NCBI GenBank assembly: GCA_041082235.1
Contig: JBDOIG010000091.1
Span: forward strand, 1 to 52,736
Source: Thermodesulfovibrionales bacterium
Lineage (GTDB): Bacteria > Nitrospirota > Thermodesulfovibrionia > Thermodesulfovibrionales > CALJEL01
Length of the DNA stretch: 52,736 bases
Reading direction: 5' to 3'
Within the stretch, counting starts at the first letter, position 1. The number at the start of each line of letters is the position of its first letter. This document shows, piece after piece, positions 17,740 to 27,108 of the stretch. Both the position numbers and the translations under genes were made by a program. Under the pieces are notes generated by a model, which saw nothing but the letters and a program-made list of their open reading frames with translations, ran no database searches and was not told the DNA's origin.

Positions 17740-17797
17740 GTTACACCTGTTACATATTGTTACAAGTATTGACTTTTTAAATAAAATTCTATAACTT
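17740..17797 (+). promoter_or_regulatory. sigma70 promoter with adjacent TGT-N11-ACA box
   Basis: TGTTACATATTGTTACA at 17748-17764; TTGACT (17769)-N17-TAACTT (17792). Confidence 0.55.
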
Positions 17798-17803
17798 ATA
17801 CTC

Positions 17804-18802
17804 ATGAGAGGGGGAGAGAGGATTACATTAATTATTGATAAAAATTTAAAGATTACAAACTATAAGACTAATTTCAGATGTCTCAATGAGACGGAACTGA
17901 AAGGAAAAAAATATTTTGAGGTCATACCCAAAATATATGTTGATAAAAAAGATGCTGTATTAAGTATATTTAAGGATAGCAAGAAGCTTTGTTTTAAGGA
18001 CATTACCTTTAATTGTTTTTTTGATAATACAAAGGCTGACATTTTTTTAGAACCAATAAGCCGTGGAAGGACAGAATTCGTAAAGATGACCATTCGCAAT
18101 TTTAGACCCTGTTCTTTTATAGAACAATATAATACATCCAAGAAATTTATAGACATAGGAAAGGTTGCATCATCCCTTGCCCATGGAGTCAGAAATCCAT
18201 TGAATGCCATAAAGGGTGCTATTATCTATATATATGAGAAATATAAGGATGATCAATCGCTTATGGAATTTTTGAAGATCATGAATGAAGAGATATCCCG
18301 TCTTGATAATTTTATATCAAGATTTCTGAGTACCTCTTTATCAAATACTGAGGTGGTTCCCCTTGATATAAACCGGCTTTTAAAAAAAATTGAACTTTAT
18401 ATTTCCTTTCAGACACATTCGCAAAATATCAGGACGATTTATGAATATAGACCTATCCCGATTCTAAAGCTTAACCCCTTTCAAATTGAGCAGGCAATAT
18501 TAAACATAGTTAATAATGCCATTGAGGCCATGACAGGGGGTGGTGAATTATGCATTAAGACCTATATAATGCATGAATTAAATGATGATTATGCTGTTAT
18601 TGAAGTATCTGATACCGGGATGGGTATGATAAGTAAAAAAATGCCTTGCAATTCAAATGGTACAGGTAGAGGATACGGCCTGTTTATCACCAGAGAGATA
18701 ATCAAGTATTATGGTGGCTATATTGAAATAAAGAGTTCAAAGGGTACAGGTAGCACTGTGAGATTATATCTTCCTATCAAAAATTTAAAATCAGGGCAAT
18801 GA
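17804..18802 (+). CDS. Soluble sensor histidine kinase (atypical)
   Basis: LAHGVRNPL H-box, NIVNNAIEAM, DTGMG and GRGYGL boxes; no TM segments. Confidence 0.85.
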   Translation: MRGGERITLIIDKNLKITNYKTNFRCLNETELKGKKYFEVIPKIYVDKKDAVLSIFKDSKKLCFKDITFNCFFDNTKADIFLEPISRGRTEFVKMTIRNFRPCSFIEQYNTSKKFIDIGKVASSLAHGVRNPLNAIKGAIIYIYEKYKDDQSLMEFLKIMNEEISRLDNFISRFLSTSLSNTEVVPLDINRLLKKIELYISFQTHSQNIRTIYEYRPIPILKLNPFQIEQAILNIVNNAIEAMTGGGELCIKTYIMHELNDDYAVIEVSDTGMGMISKKMPCNSNGTGRGYGLFITREIIKYYGGYIEIKSSKGTGSTVRLYLPIKNLKSGQ

Positions 18803-18803
18803 T

Positions 18804-20138
18804 ATGATAGGAGAAATATTAATTGTGGATGATGAGCCCAATGCTATTAAGGTTCTATCAGCTATCCTGTCTGAAGAAGGATATTATGTAGAGGGAGCAT
18901 ATAATGTTGAAAGGGCCCTTGAGATTCTTAAACAAAAGGATTTTGATTGTATCATTACTGATTTAAGAATGCCAGATAAGGACGGGATGGTCTTGTTTGA
19001 GCAGATTAACCTTCACTATCCTCACATCCCTGTTATTTTTTTGACTGCTTACGGGACTGTTGAACATGCAGTTTCTGCCTTACAGCTTGGTGCCTTTTAT
19101 TATTTTATAAAGCCCCCTGATTATACAAAACTTAAACAGATATTAACAAAGGCTATTGAGGAAAAAAGATTAAGAAGCAGTTTATTTTCAATAAAATATG
19201 AAGAGTATGGTATTGTTGGTGAAAGCAAAGAAATTAAAAAGGTATTAAGCCTAATTGATTCTATTAAGAATTCATCCTGTAATGTTTTAATTTCTGGAGA
19301 GACGGGAACGGGTAAAGAATTAGTTGCAAGGATGTTGCATTACACAAGTTGCAGAAAAATAAAGCCTTTTATTGTTGTAAATTGTGCTGCAATCCCGAAG
19401 GAGCTTTTGGAGTCAGAACTCTTTGGACATGAAAGAGGAGCTTTTACCGGTGCGGTTTCAAGGAGGATAGGTCGCTTTGAGGAGGTATCATCTGGTACCT
19501 TATTGCTTGATGAAATAGGTGAACTTGATTTGCCCTTGCAGGCAAAATTGCTGAGGGTATTGCAGGAAAAGGAAATAGAGAGACTGGGGAGTAATAAAAA
19601 AATAAAGGTGGATTTCAGACTTATATGCTCCACAAATCGTGATCTTGAAGTGGAAGTTAAAAAGGGAAATTTTAGAGAAGATCTCTATTACCGTATAAAT
19701 GTATTTCAGATAAAATTACCGCCCTTAAGAGATAGAAAAGAGGATATTCCTTTGCTGGCAGACTTTTTCTTAAAACAATTCTCATGCAGGGAAAAGAAGA
19801 AACTTTCTTTTTCAAAAGAAGTGTTAGATATATTTGAAAAGTTCCGCTGGCCCGGTAATGTAAGACAATTAAAAAATATTATTGAGAGGGCGGTAGTCCT
19901 TGCAAGGGGCAGAGAGATCACGACAAAGGAACTTCCCCCTGAAATTGTTAATACTCAATATGATGAAAAGGCCAAAAAAATTTCTTCTTTAAAAGATCTG
20001 GAGCTTCTGGCTATAAAGGATACACTTATAAAGTGTAATGGAAATAAGTCTAAGGCTGCAAGGATGCTCGGTATTTCCCGCAAGACCCTTTATAAAAGAT
20101 TGAATGAACTTGCAAGTGTTTCCAGAGGAAACATATAA
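18804..20138 (+). CDS. sigma54-dependent response regulator (NtrC family)
   Basis: REC domain (DDE, ITDLRMP, KP), GETGTGKE, GAFTGA, WPGNVRQL and Fis-type HTH. Confidence 0.96.
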   Translation: MIGEILIVDDEPNAIKVLSAILSEEGYYVEGAYNVERALEILKQKDFDCIITDLRMPDKDGMVLFEQINLHYPHIPVIFLTAYGTVEHAVSALQLGAFYYFIKPPDYTKLKQILTKAIEEKRLRSSLFSIKYEEYGIVGESKEIKKVLSLIDSIKNSSCNVLISGETGTGKELVARMLHYTSCRKIKPFIVVNCAAIPKELLESELFGHERGAFTGAVSRRIGRFEEVSSGTLLLDEIGELDLPLQAKLLRVLQEKEIERLGSNKKIKVDFRLICSTNRDLEVEVKKGNFREDLYYRINVFQIKLPPLRDRKEDIPLLADFFLKQFSCREKKKLSFSKEVLDIFEKFRWPGNVRQLKNIIERAVVLARGREITTKELPPEIVNTQYDEKAKKISSLKDLELLAIKDTLIKCNGNKSKAARMLGISRKTLYKRLNELASVSRGNI

Positions 20139-20249
20139 TATTAAAACTGACTATTATCTGCATAAACCCTTTCTTCTATTGTAACTAATGGAAACAGTTA
20201 AATTCCGCATGATTACAAAATTTTTTCAGCCCTGTATCTTAAAGCTACA
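20117..20249. promoter_or_regulatory. Three putative enhancer (UAS) boxes TGTWWC-N5-GNWACA
   Basis: TGTTTCCAGAGGAAACA (20117), TGTAACTAATGGAAACA (20180), TGTATCTTAAAGCTACA (20233). Confidence 0.7.
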
Positions 20250-20334
20250 ATTTTAGTTTTAAACCTTGACGTTAATTAAAAAATCAAATTCCATTTGTAT
20301 TTGTTTTATCAAGACTTTTCTATAGTTATTAATA

Positions 20335-20351
20335 CTGGCATTATATTTGCT
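20335..20351 (+). promoter_or_regulatory. sigma54 (-24/-12) promoter of the EPS operon
   Basis: CTGGCAT-TATAT-TTGCT has canonical GG-N10-GC spacing and lies downstream of a bEBP gene. Confidence 0.85.
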
Positions 20352-20364
20352 TCTTTATATTTCA

Positions 20365-20739
20365 ATGCATAAAAAGATATTGATAATTGATGAATATGGA
20401 TTTTCAAAAATATGCGCCGCAATTTTGGGTAGTATTGGATATGAGGTTGAGACATTTTCAATAATTAATGATAATATTGCTTCAAAACTTAATGGATATG
20501 AATTTGGTCTTATTATAACGAGTTATCCTTATGGAGCTGTTTATTTTAATGAAATCAAAAACAAGAGCATACCGATTCTTGTATTGACAGATAATATTGA
20601 CCAGACTTTATTAAAGTGGTTAAATGATTTTAATTCATCATATTGTATGATAAAGCCCCTGGATTATCAGAAATTTAAATCCATTATTCAAAGGGTTTTA
20701 GATGGAGATATAAATATCCATGGATACAGCATATTATGA
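20365..20739 (+). CDS. Receiver-like single-domain protein lacking the phospho-Asp
   Basis: KKILIIDE...LIITS...PILVLTD...IKPLD. Start set at ATG 20365 because TTG 20347 lies inside the -12 box. Confidence 0.7.
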   Translation: MHKKILIIDEYGFSKICAAILGSIGYEVETFSIINDNIASKLNGYEFGLIITSYPYGAVYFNEIKNKSIPILVLTDNIDQTLLKWLNDFNSSYCMIKPLDYQKFKSIIQRVLDGDINIHGYSIL

Positions 20740-22098
20740 GTGGATATGAATAAGGTAATCCTTCTTATAGCGGGAGATGTCTTCTTATCAATTCTTGGTT
20801 TTTTGACAGCCTTTCTGGTGAGATTCGGCACATTTAACATTGCCGGATTTGTGGAAAAGCCGGTAGCAAAAATTTTATTGTTTACATTTATTGTTATAAC
20901 AGTATCTTTTTTCGCTGAACTCTATAATTCAGGTAATGATTCCAAGAAAATAATTTTTTTAAAAATATTTATATGTGCCATCCTGTCTTTGATTATTTTA
21001 TCATCACTTTTTTACATAGTACCATTTTTTATGATGGGACGTGGCCTTTTAGGAATTGCAATATTTTCATTCGGTATATATCAATTTTTGTGGCATACAA
21101 GCTGGCTCTTATTATTGGATATACCTATCCTTGCAAAAAAAGTACTTATACTTGGCACCGGGCCTGTTGCGCATAAAATTGGTAATATCATTACCTCCAC
21201 CAATCACCAGTATGCCTTGGCTGGATATATACATTGTTCCTCCGATGCGATCTCGGTACCCGTAGATAAAGTTTTATGCAATGAAGAGAAACTCAGTGAA
21301 ACAGCAATAAGAGAGAAGGCTCACAAGGTGATAGTATCCATCAGCGAGCGGAGAGGTTCTTTGCCTTTAAGGGACCTGCTTGTTTGTAAATTCAGCGGCA
21401 TAGAAGTTCTTGATGCCCCTTCTTTTTATGAGCACCTGACAGGCAAGCTATTGATAGAAAATATCACACCGAGCTGGTTTATTTTTTCTAATGGTTTTAA
21501 GATAACTTTTCTAAAAAGGGTTTCAAAAAGAATAATTGATATTATTTTTGCTTTTATCATTTTAATTTTTACTTTTCCATTGATGCTCATAATTGCTCTG
21601 TTAATCAAGATTGATTCAAGAGGGCCTGTTTTTTACCGCCAGGTGAGAGTGGGAGAGAAAGAAAAAAATTTCGTGATGCTTAAATTTCGAACAATGCGTT
21701 CTGATGCTGAAAAAAATACAGGTCCTGTTTGGAGTCAGCGTAAGGATCCGAGGGTTACAAGGATTGGCAGGATATTAAGAAAGATGAGGTTGGATGAGCT
21801 ACCTCAGATATTTAATGTCATTAAGGGTGAAATGAGTTTTGTTGGACCCCGTCCGGAAAGACCGGAATTCGTGGAAAAACTCAAGCAGGAAATACCCTAT
21901 TATAGTGAAAGGCATTTTGTAAAGCCAGGTATCACTGGATGGGCGCAGATAAAATATCCTTATGGTTCGTCAGTGGAAGATGCGTTGGAAAAACTGAGAT
22001 TTGACCTTTTTTATATAAAGCATCTGTCTGTATTTTTCGATCTACTGATACTTATTGAAACAATCAAAGTGGTTCTTCTTGGCAGGGGAGGAAGGTGA
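20740..22098 (+). CDS. Priming polyprenyl-phosphate sugar transferase (PEP-CTERM/XrtA-associated type)
   Basis: N-terminal TMs, KFRTM, DPRVTRIG, RLDELPQ, MSFVGPRPER and KPGITGWAQ motifs. Confidence 0.93.
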   Translation: MDMNKVILLIAGDVFLSILGFLTAFLVRFGTFNIAGFVEKPVAKILLFTFIVITVSFFAELYNSGNDSKKIIFLKIFICAILSLIILSSLFYIVPFFMMGRGLLGIAIFSFGIYQFLWHTSWLLLLDIPILAKKVLILGTGPVAHKIGNIITSTNHQYALAGYIHCSSDAISVPVDKVLCNEEKLSETAIREKAHKVIVSISERRGSLPLRDLLVCKFSGIEVLDAPSFYEHLTGKLLIENITPSWFIFSNGFKITFLKRVSKRIIDIIFAFIILIFTFPLMLIIALLIKIDSRGPVFYRQVRVGEKEKNFVMLKFRTMRSDAEKNTGPVWSQRKDPRVTRIGRILRKMRLDELPQIFNVIKGEMSFVGPRPERPEFVEKLKQEIPYYSERHFVKPGITGWAQIKYPYGSSVEDALEKLRFDLFYIKHLSVFFDLLILIETIKVVLLGRGGR

Positions 22099-22101
22099 TT
22101 T

Positions 22102-22605
22102 ATGATAGATAATAACTGGTATGCTGTGTATGTAAAGTCAAGACATGAATTTGTCACATATAATGAACTAATTCAAAAAAATATTGAAACCTTTTTACCT
22201 TTAGTAAAAATGTTGAGATACTGGCGGGATAGAAAAAAAATAATTGATGCCCCTCTTTTCCCTGGTTATATTTTTGTGTATCTACCCGCTGACCCACAAT
22301 ATTTTCTTTCAGTACTGAGGACGAAAGGCGTTGTGAGGTTTGTTGATTATGAATACGGAAAACCAGCCATTGTATCTTCTGAGGAGATTAAATCTCTTAA
22401 GATTTTATTGAATGGTGATGGAAATATAACAGTATATCCGGAATTACATGAAGGGGCAAGGGTGAGTATTAAGAGAGGTCCTCTTACAGGAGCGGAAGGT
22501 ATTATTCAGAGGAAAGAAGATCATTTTATATTTTTGGTTAACATAAATATCCTTGGCAGAAGCGTAGGCGTAAAACTTTACGGTTGCGATTTAGAGGCAT
22601 CTTAA
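22102..22605 (+). CDS. NusG-paralogue antiterminator (UpxY/RfaH/LoaP-like)
   Basis: WYAVYVKSRHE and PLFPGYIFV (NGN domain), KOW IKRGPLTGAEG. Confidence 0.9.
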   Translation: MIDNNWYAVYVKSRHEFVTYNELIQKNIETFLPLVKMLRYWRDRKKIIDAPLFPGYIFVYLPADPQYFLSVLRTKGVVRFVDYEYGKPAIVSSEEIKSLKILLNGDGNITVYPELHEGARVSIKRGPLTGAEGIIQRKEDHFIFLVNINILGRSVGVKLYGCDLEAS

Positions 22606-22635
22606 CAAGAAAGTTTAATTAATTTTTAAAAAAAA

Positions 22636-22666
22636 TCAGTCCTGTGACTGAAGAGGCGGAGCATTG
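22636..22666 (+). promoter_or_regulatory. Hairpin plus ops-like element (JUMPstart-like)
   Basis: TCAGTC-CTGT-GACTGA hairpin followed by GGCGGAGCATTG (ops consensus GGCGGTAGnnTG), just before the wza RBS. Confidence 0.4.
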
Positions 22667-22688
22667 TTTAAAAGAGGGGTAAATTAAG

Positions 22689-23531
22689 ATGAAAAAAATT
22701 TTATTTTTAGTGGTCCTTATCTTCCTTATGGTCACTGCTGGTTCAATTAGTTATGGCGCCGCTGATGGAGATTATGTTATTGGAGAGGAAGATGTGCTCC
22801 GAATATCTGTATGGGGAAATCCTGAAATGACAGCTGAGCTTCCTGTCAGGCCTGATGGGAAAATATCCTTTTATCTTATCGGAGACATAAAGGTGGCTGG
22901 CAGAACGGCAATAGAAGTCAAAAAATTAATTGAGACTGAACTTTCTAAATACATCAAGGCACCTGTGGTAAATGTCATGGTAATTGCTATAAATAGTTAT
23001 AAGGTCTATGTTATAAACCAGGGAGGCACGATTTCTAGAGATACAGAAAGAGGTGTAACGGGAGTTATTCAATTAAGAAAAAAGACTACCCTGCTTCAAT
23101 TACTTTCTCAAATAGGTTCATTGGAGAATATTGATTTCCGTAACTCTTTAATAATTAGAAATGGCGAAAGATTAAATATTAATCTATTAAGCCTTATTAA
23201 TGGGGATTTAACCCAGGATATCCTGTTAAAACCAGGTGATATAGTTTTTCTTGCTGATAATTTTCATAATAGAATTAAGGTCATTGGGGCAATTAAAACT
23301 CCATCCATTATATCTTACAAAGAGGGTCTAACAGTAATGGATGCAATTTTACAGTGCGGTGGATTTACAGAATTTGCAAAACAAAATGATGTAATTATTG
23401 TACGAAAAGAGGAAGACGGTGTCAGGAGACTTGCAGTAAGAGCCGGAGACATATTAAACAAGGGAGAGTTAAATCAGGATATACCATTGAGGCCTGGTGA
23501 TACAATTATTGTTAAGACAGGGATATTTTAG
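22689..23531 (+). CDS. wza: Polysaccharide export protein (OPX/Wza family)
   Basis: YVIGEEDVLRISVW, VRPDGKIS, SLBB repeats (LKPGDIV, LRPGDTI), signal peptide. Confidence 0.9.
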   Translation: MKKILFLVVLIFLMVTAGSISYGAADGDYVIGEEDVLRISVWGNPEMTAELPVRPDGKISFYLIGDIKVAGRTAIEVKKLIETELSKYIKAPVVNVMVIAINSYKVYVINQGGTISRDTERGVTGVIQLRKKTTLLQLLSQIGSLENIDFRNSLIIRNGERLNINLLSLINGDLTQDILLKPGDIVFLADNFHNRIKVIGAIKTPSIISYKEGLTVMDAILQCGGFTEFAKQNDVIIVRKEEDGVRRLAVRAGDILNKGELNQDIPLRPGDTIIVKTGIF

Positions 23532-23539
23532 GAGGAACG

Positions 23540-25057
23540 ATGGAAAGTTATAATAACAACCTTTCATCTAATATCAGACATTACTGGATGCAAATTCTAA
23601 GGAGAAGAAATCTTTTCCTTCTGATTTTTTTTTCTGTCCTTTCAATCTTTACATGGAGTGGTTTTTTCATCCCTGCTGAATATGAGGCTGTTACAACGTT
23701 CATTGTTGATAATACTTTTTTTGAAAGTATTTTTTTAAAGGGTTTTAAGGTTCCAAATACTGATTCAAAGCTATCTATGATAAAAGAAGGGCTTTTCTCA
23801 GAAAATCTTATTAAGAAGTCCCTTCAAGGGGTCAGTAGTCCTGATAAAAAGTTATCGGATGATAAAGCGGTTACAGAAATTAGATCAAAGTTAAAGATTA
23901 ATATTAATTCAATAGGAGAAAAAGGTGTTTCCCTTGTAAGGATTTCATATTCCCATAGGGATTCACAATTTGCTGCTGATTTAGTTAACAACTTAACACA
24001 TGAATATATAGAATTTATAAATAATATCCGTGCAAATAATATTTTAAATTTGACAGAGGTATCCCAGAAAAAGCTTATTGAATATCAGCAAAAGTTAAAT
24101 GAATTAGATGGTATGATTGCAAAATTTTTAAAAGAGCATCCTGATTTCGTACCAGAAAAGGAATCACCTTTATATAAAAATGTGGAATCCTTACAGTTCG
24201 CAAGGGTTGATATTGAGATCAAATTAAAGGAACTTGAGACTACCAGAGAAGGCCTTTTAAAACAATTAGAGGGAAGCGGGTTAACCTATATTGATACAGG
24301 ATTGGAGGAAACACCTTCTGTTAGACTGGCTCGTCTCAGTAATCAGCTCATGATTTTAAGTGCTAAATATACGGAAAACCATCCAGATATAATTAAAATA
24401 AAAATGGAGATTGAGGAATTAAAAAAACAGGTCGGACAGATAAGGATGCAGCCTGATAGGGAGGCTAATCCTATTTCTTTACAGATAAATGAGGAGTTGA
24501 AAAAAGTAGATAATGAGATTAAAAAGCTGAAAGTTAAGCTCTCTGAAATTTCAAATCAAGAAAATGCTGCTGATGCAAGAATAAAAAATTTATCAAATGA
24601 AAAACAGGAATGGCTTAATCTTCAGCGCGAGAGATTAATATATCAAAAATTATATGATGATTTATTTCAGAAGATTGAAATGGCAAAGGTTGAGTTTATG
24701 AGTAACCCCAAATCTATATTGGTCGCGGAATATGCAAAAACTCCGTTGTATCCTGCCAGACCAGATAGGACGAAGTTGATTTTAATTGGTTTTATAATCG
24801 GGATCATTTTATCCGCAGGTACAGTTATTGGCATTTCCTATATAAATGACAGGTTCAATGATGAGGAAGATATTGAAAAAGAGTTAAAGATACCTGTTCT
24901 CTCTGTTATACCTGAGATAATACAGGATTCTGAGATAAGAGAGAAGAAAAATAAGAGGATACTGTTGGTTTCTGGAGCGTATTTATTATTCATTTTATTG
25001 CTGTGGTTCAATGAGCTTATCTTTAAGTACATTGGATTAAGGATTATAGCTTTTTAG
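23540..25057 (+). CDS. Polysaccharide co-polymerase/chain-length determinant (GumC/Wzc N-terminal-like)
   Basis: TM-coiled coil-TM layout, KYTENHPD motif, PVLSVIP. Confidence 0.88.
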   Translation: MESYNNNLSSNIRHYWMQILRRRNLFLLIFFSVLSIFTWSGFFIPAEYEAVTTFIVDNTFFESIFLKGFKVPNTDSKLSMIKEGLFSENLIKKSLQGVSSPDKKLSDDKAVTEIRSKLKININSIGEKGVSLVRISYSHRDSQFAADLVNNLTHEYIEFINNIRANNILNLTEVSQKKLIEYQQKLNELDGMIAKFLKEHPDFVPEKESPLYKNVESLQFARVDIEIKLKELETTREGLLKQLEGSGLTYIDTGLEETPSVRLARLSNQLMILSAKYTENHPDIIKIKMEIEELKKQVGQIRMQPDREANPISLQINEELKKVDNEIKKLKVKLSEISNQENAADARIKNLSNEKQEWLNLQRERLIYQKLYDDLFQKIEMAKVEFMSNPKSILVAEYAKTPLYPARPDRTKLILIGFIIGIILSAGTVIGISYINDRFNDEEDIEKELKIPVLSVIPEIIQDSEIREKKNKRILLVSGAYLLFILLLWFNELIFKYIGLRIIAF

Positions 25058-25066
25058 GAGGTTCAA

Positions 25067-25843
25067 ATGGATAGATTACAGAAGGCATTTGATATGGCTT
25101 TAAAGGAAAAAAGACTTCGTTCGGCTCCCTTGTCTGTCACTCTCTCTTGCGGAGAGGTTCAAAAAGCATCAATAGATTTAAAAAATGTTAACCCCTATGT
25201 AGTTACACTTACAAGACCTCATTCTATAGAATCTGAACAGTACAGAAAATTAAAAGTCAGACTTTTCAGGACGCATTCAACTGAATATAAGATTCTTTTG
25301 GTTACTAGTCCTGCTGCTGGAGCTGGTAAGAGCCTGATTGCCCTTAATTTATCAATTCTCCTTGCCTTATCTGATAAGGTTTTATTAATAGATGCTGATC
25401 TAAATCATCCATCCATTAATAAATATTTAGGCATTAAAGTTGATTGTGGATTGGGAAATTATTTTACCAACACCTTAGATTTATCCAAAATTATTATTAA
25501 AACGGACATTGGTAATCTTGATATTATCCCATCAGGAGATAAAATTAATGAGGCTGCAAATCAATTTTCTTCAGAGAAAATGAGATTTCTCATAGAATCA
25601 CTAAAGAATCACTATTCATTCATTATAATAGACTCTCCTCCTGTTCTTGCATCTGCCGATACTATTCAACTTGCCTCTGTTTGTGAAGCTATTCTCTTTG
25701 TTATTAATGATAGACTTACAACAAAAAGTTCTTCAAGGCAGGCTCTTTCGCTGATGAATAATTGTAATATCCTGGGTGCTGTTTTCAATAATTTCCCCGC
25801 TAATCTGATGAAAATCAAATATCCATATTATTACGGTAGGTGA
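25067..25843 (+). CDS. BY-kinase (CpsD/CapB) tyrosine kinase
   Basis: SEQYRKL, GAGKS Walker A, LLIDADL, IIIDSPP, C-terminal YPYYY cluster. Confidence 0.92.
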   Translation: MDRLQKAFDMALKEKRLRSAPLSVTLSCGEVQKASIDLKNVNPYVVTLTRPHSIESEQYRKLKVRLFRTHSTEYKILLVTSPAAGAGKSLIALNLSILLALSDKVLLIDADLNHPSINKYLGIKVDCGLGNYFTNTLDLSKIIIKTDIGNLDIIPSGDKINEAANQFSSEKMRFLIESLKNHYSFIIIDSPPVLASADTIQLASVCEAILFVINDRLTTKSSSRQALSLMNNCNILGAVFNNFPANLMKIKYPYYYGR

Positions 25844-25844
25844 T

Positions 25845-27068
25845 GTGTCCTTAACAAAGGTCGTAAATTATATATATGTATGGTGTTTGCTTTTTACTTT
25901 ATTTTCTTCTCTGGAAGCAGGAGAAGTCGTTATAAAACCTTCCATTGGTCTTTCTGAAGAATATACTGATAATATTTATTTAAGTGAATCAAACAGGACT
26001 CATGAATATATAACCTATGTAGAGCCATCAATAAATTTTTTATACAAGGCTTCCCATATTAATATCATATGTGATTATACATTAAAATGGCTTTACTACA
26101 GTCGCCTTGGAAAGGATGATACCTCTCATCTGCTCAATGCCTCTGCGAAGAGCGAGATAGTAAATAATTTTTTATATCTCGAACTTTCTGATATTTATTC
26201 CAGGGCTATTATTGAACCGAGGAGACCTTCAACAGAGACAAATATATTAATCAATAAAACGGATATGAATATTTTTTCTGTATTACCTTATTTAAAGTTT
26301 CAGCTGACTTCAACTTTGTCATTGAGTCCTGGCTACAAATATGAAAATATCTGGTATAAAGATCCGGAGAGCGTGGATCGCACAAGGCATACTTTTTTTG
26401 GTAATTTAGAAAAGACAATTAATCCGAGAGTTTCCATTGGTTTTGAGTCTGTTTATACGCAGGATAGGCCTGATGATAATAAAGACAGTGACCAGATAGC
26501 AAATTCTGTAAAAATTTCCTACAGGCTCACAGAAAAGAGTAATATAAACCTGTCAGGAGGATATAAATATATTAATTTTAAAAGAACATCAGATAAAAGA
26601 AGGGCTATCTATAATATTTCATTAAGCAGGGCCCTTGAGGGTGGTAGTGTAAATTTAAGCATAAAAGGGGATACATCAGCCTCAGCGCGACAGGGAATTT
26701 TTGAAGAGAGGTCTGAGGAAATTTCGGTCAGATATGGTATTAAAACTATTTTTGATCTCAGGCTCTCTCATTCAATGAATAACTATTTGGAGATCAATCG
26801 TGAAGATGAGACCTATACCCTTGGCCTTGGTTTCACCCTAAGATATGAAAGATTTCAGAATCGGATTGGTGGTGGTTACATAAGGTATAAATTCAGACCT
26901 GAGACGGAAGAGAGAGATCTGTATACATTATTTACAGGTATTGATTATTCAATTTCTGACAAAAGTAATTTATCCTTGAATTATTCCTTTACTTTTGTAG
27001 ATTCCACAGTGAATGGTAATGATTATTCAGAAAATGTTATATCACTAAAATTTAAATATACCTTTTAA
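25845..27068 (+). CDS. Outer-membrane beta-barrel protein (PEP-CTERM-system-associated type)
   Basis: Signal peptide, PSIGLSEEYTDN motif, alternating strands, C-terminal YTF. Confidence 0.8.
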   Translation: MSLTKVVNYIYVWCLLFTLFSSLEAGEVVIKPSIGLSEEYTDNIYLSESNRTHEYITYVEPSINFLYKASHINIICDYTLKWLYYSRLGKDDTSHLLNASAKSEIVNNFLYLELSDIYSRAIIEPRRPSTETNILINKTDMNIFSVLPYLKFQLTSTLSLSPGYKYENIWYKDPESVDRTRHTFFGNLEKTINPRVSIGFESVYTQDRPDDNKDSDQIANSVKISYRLTEKSNINLSGGYKYINFKRTSDKRRAIYNISLSRALEGGSVNLSIKGDTSASARQGIFEERSEEISVRYGIKTIFDLRLSHSMNNYLEINREDETYTLGLGFTLRYERFQNRIGGGYIRYKFRPETEERDLYTLFTGIDYSISDKSNLSLNYSFTFVDSTVNGNDYSENVISLKFKYTF

Positions 27069-27108
27069 AGTAGGGAGTGGATAAAAATTTTCAGAAAGTG
27101 CCTTGACT

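Noticed and set aside
17804-20138. Calling the two-component pair prsK/prsR
   Set aside because: The kinase lacks PrsK's membrane and GAF architecture; orthology cannot be shown without an HMM search.
20347-20364. TTG start of the receiver-like ORF
   Set aside because: The TTG is the sigma54 -12 element and lies upstream of the predicted TSS.
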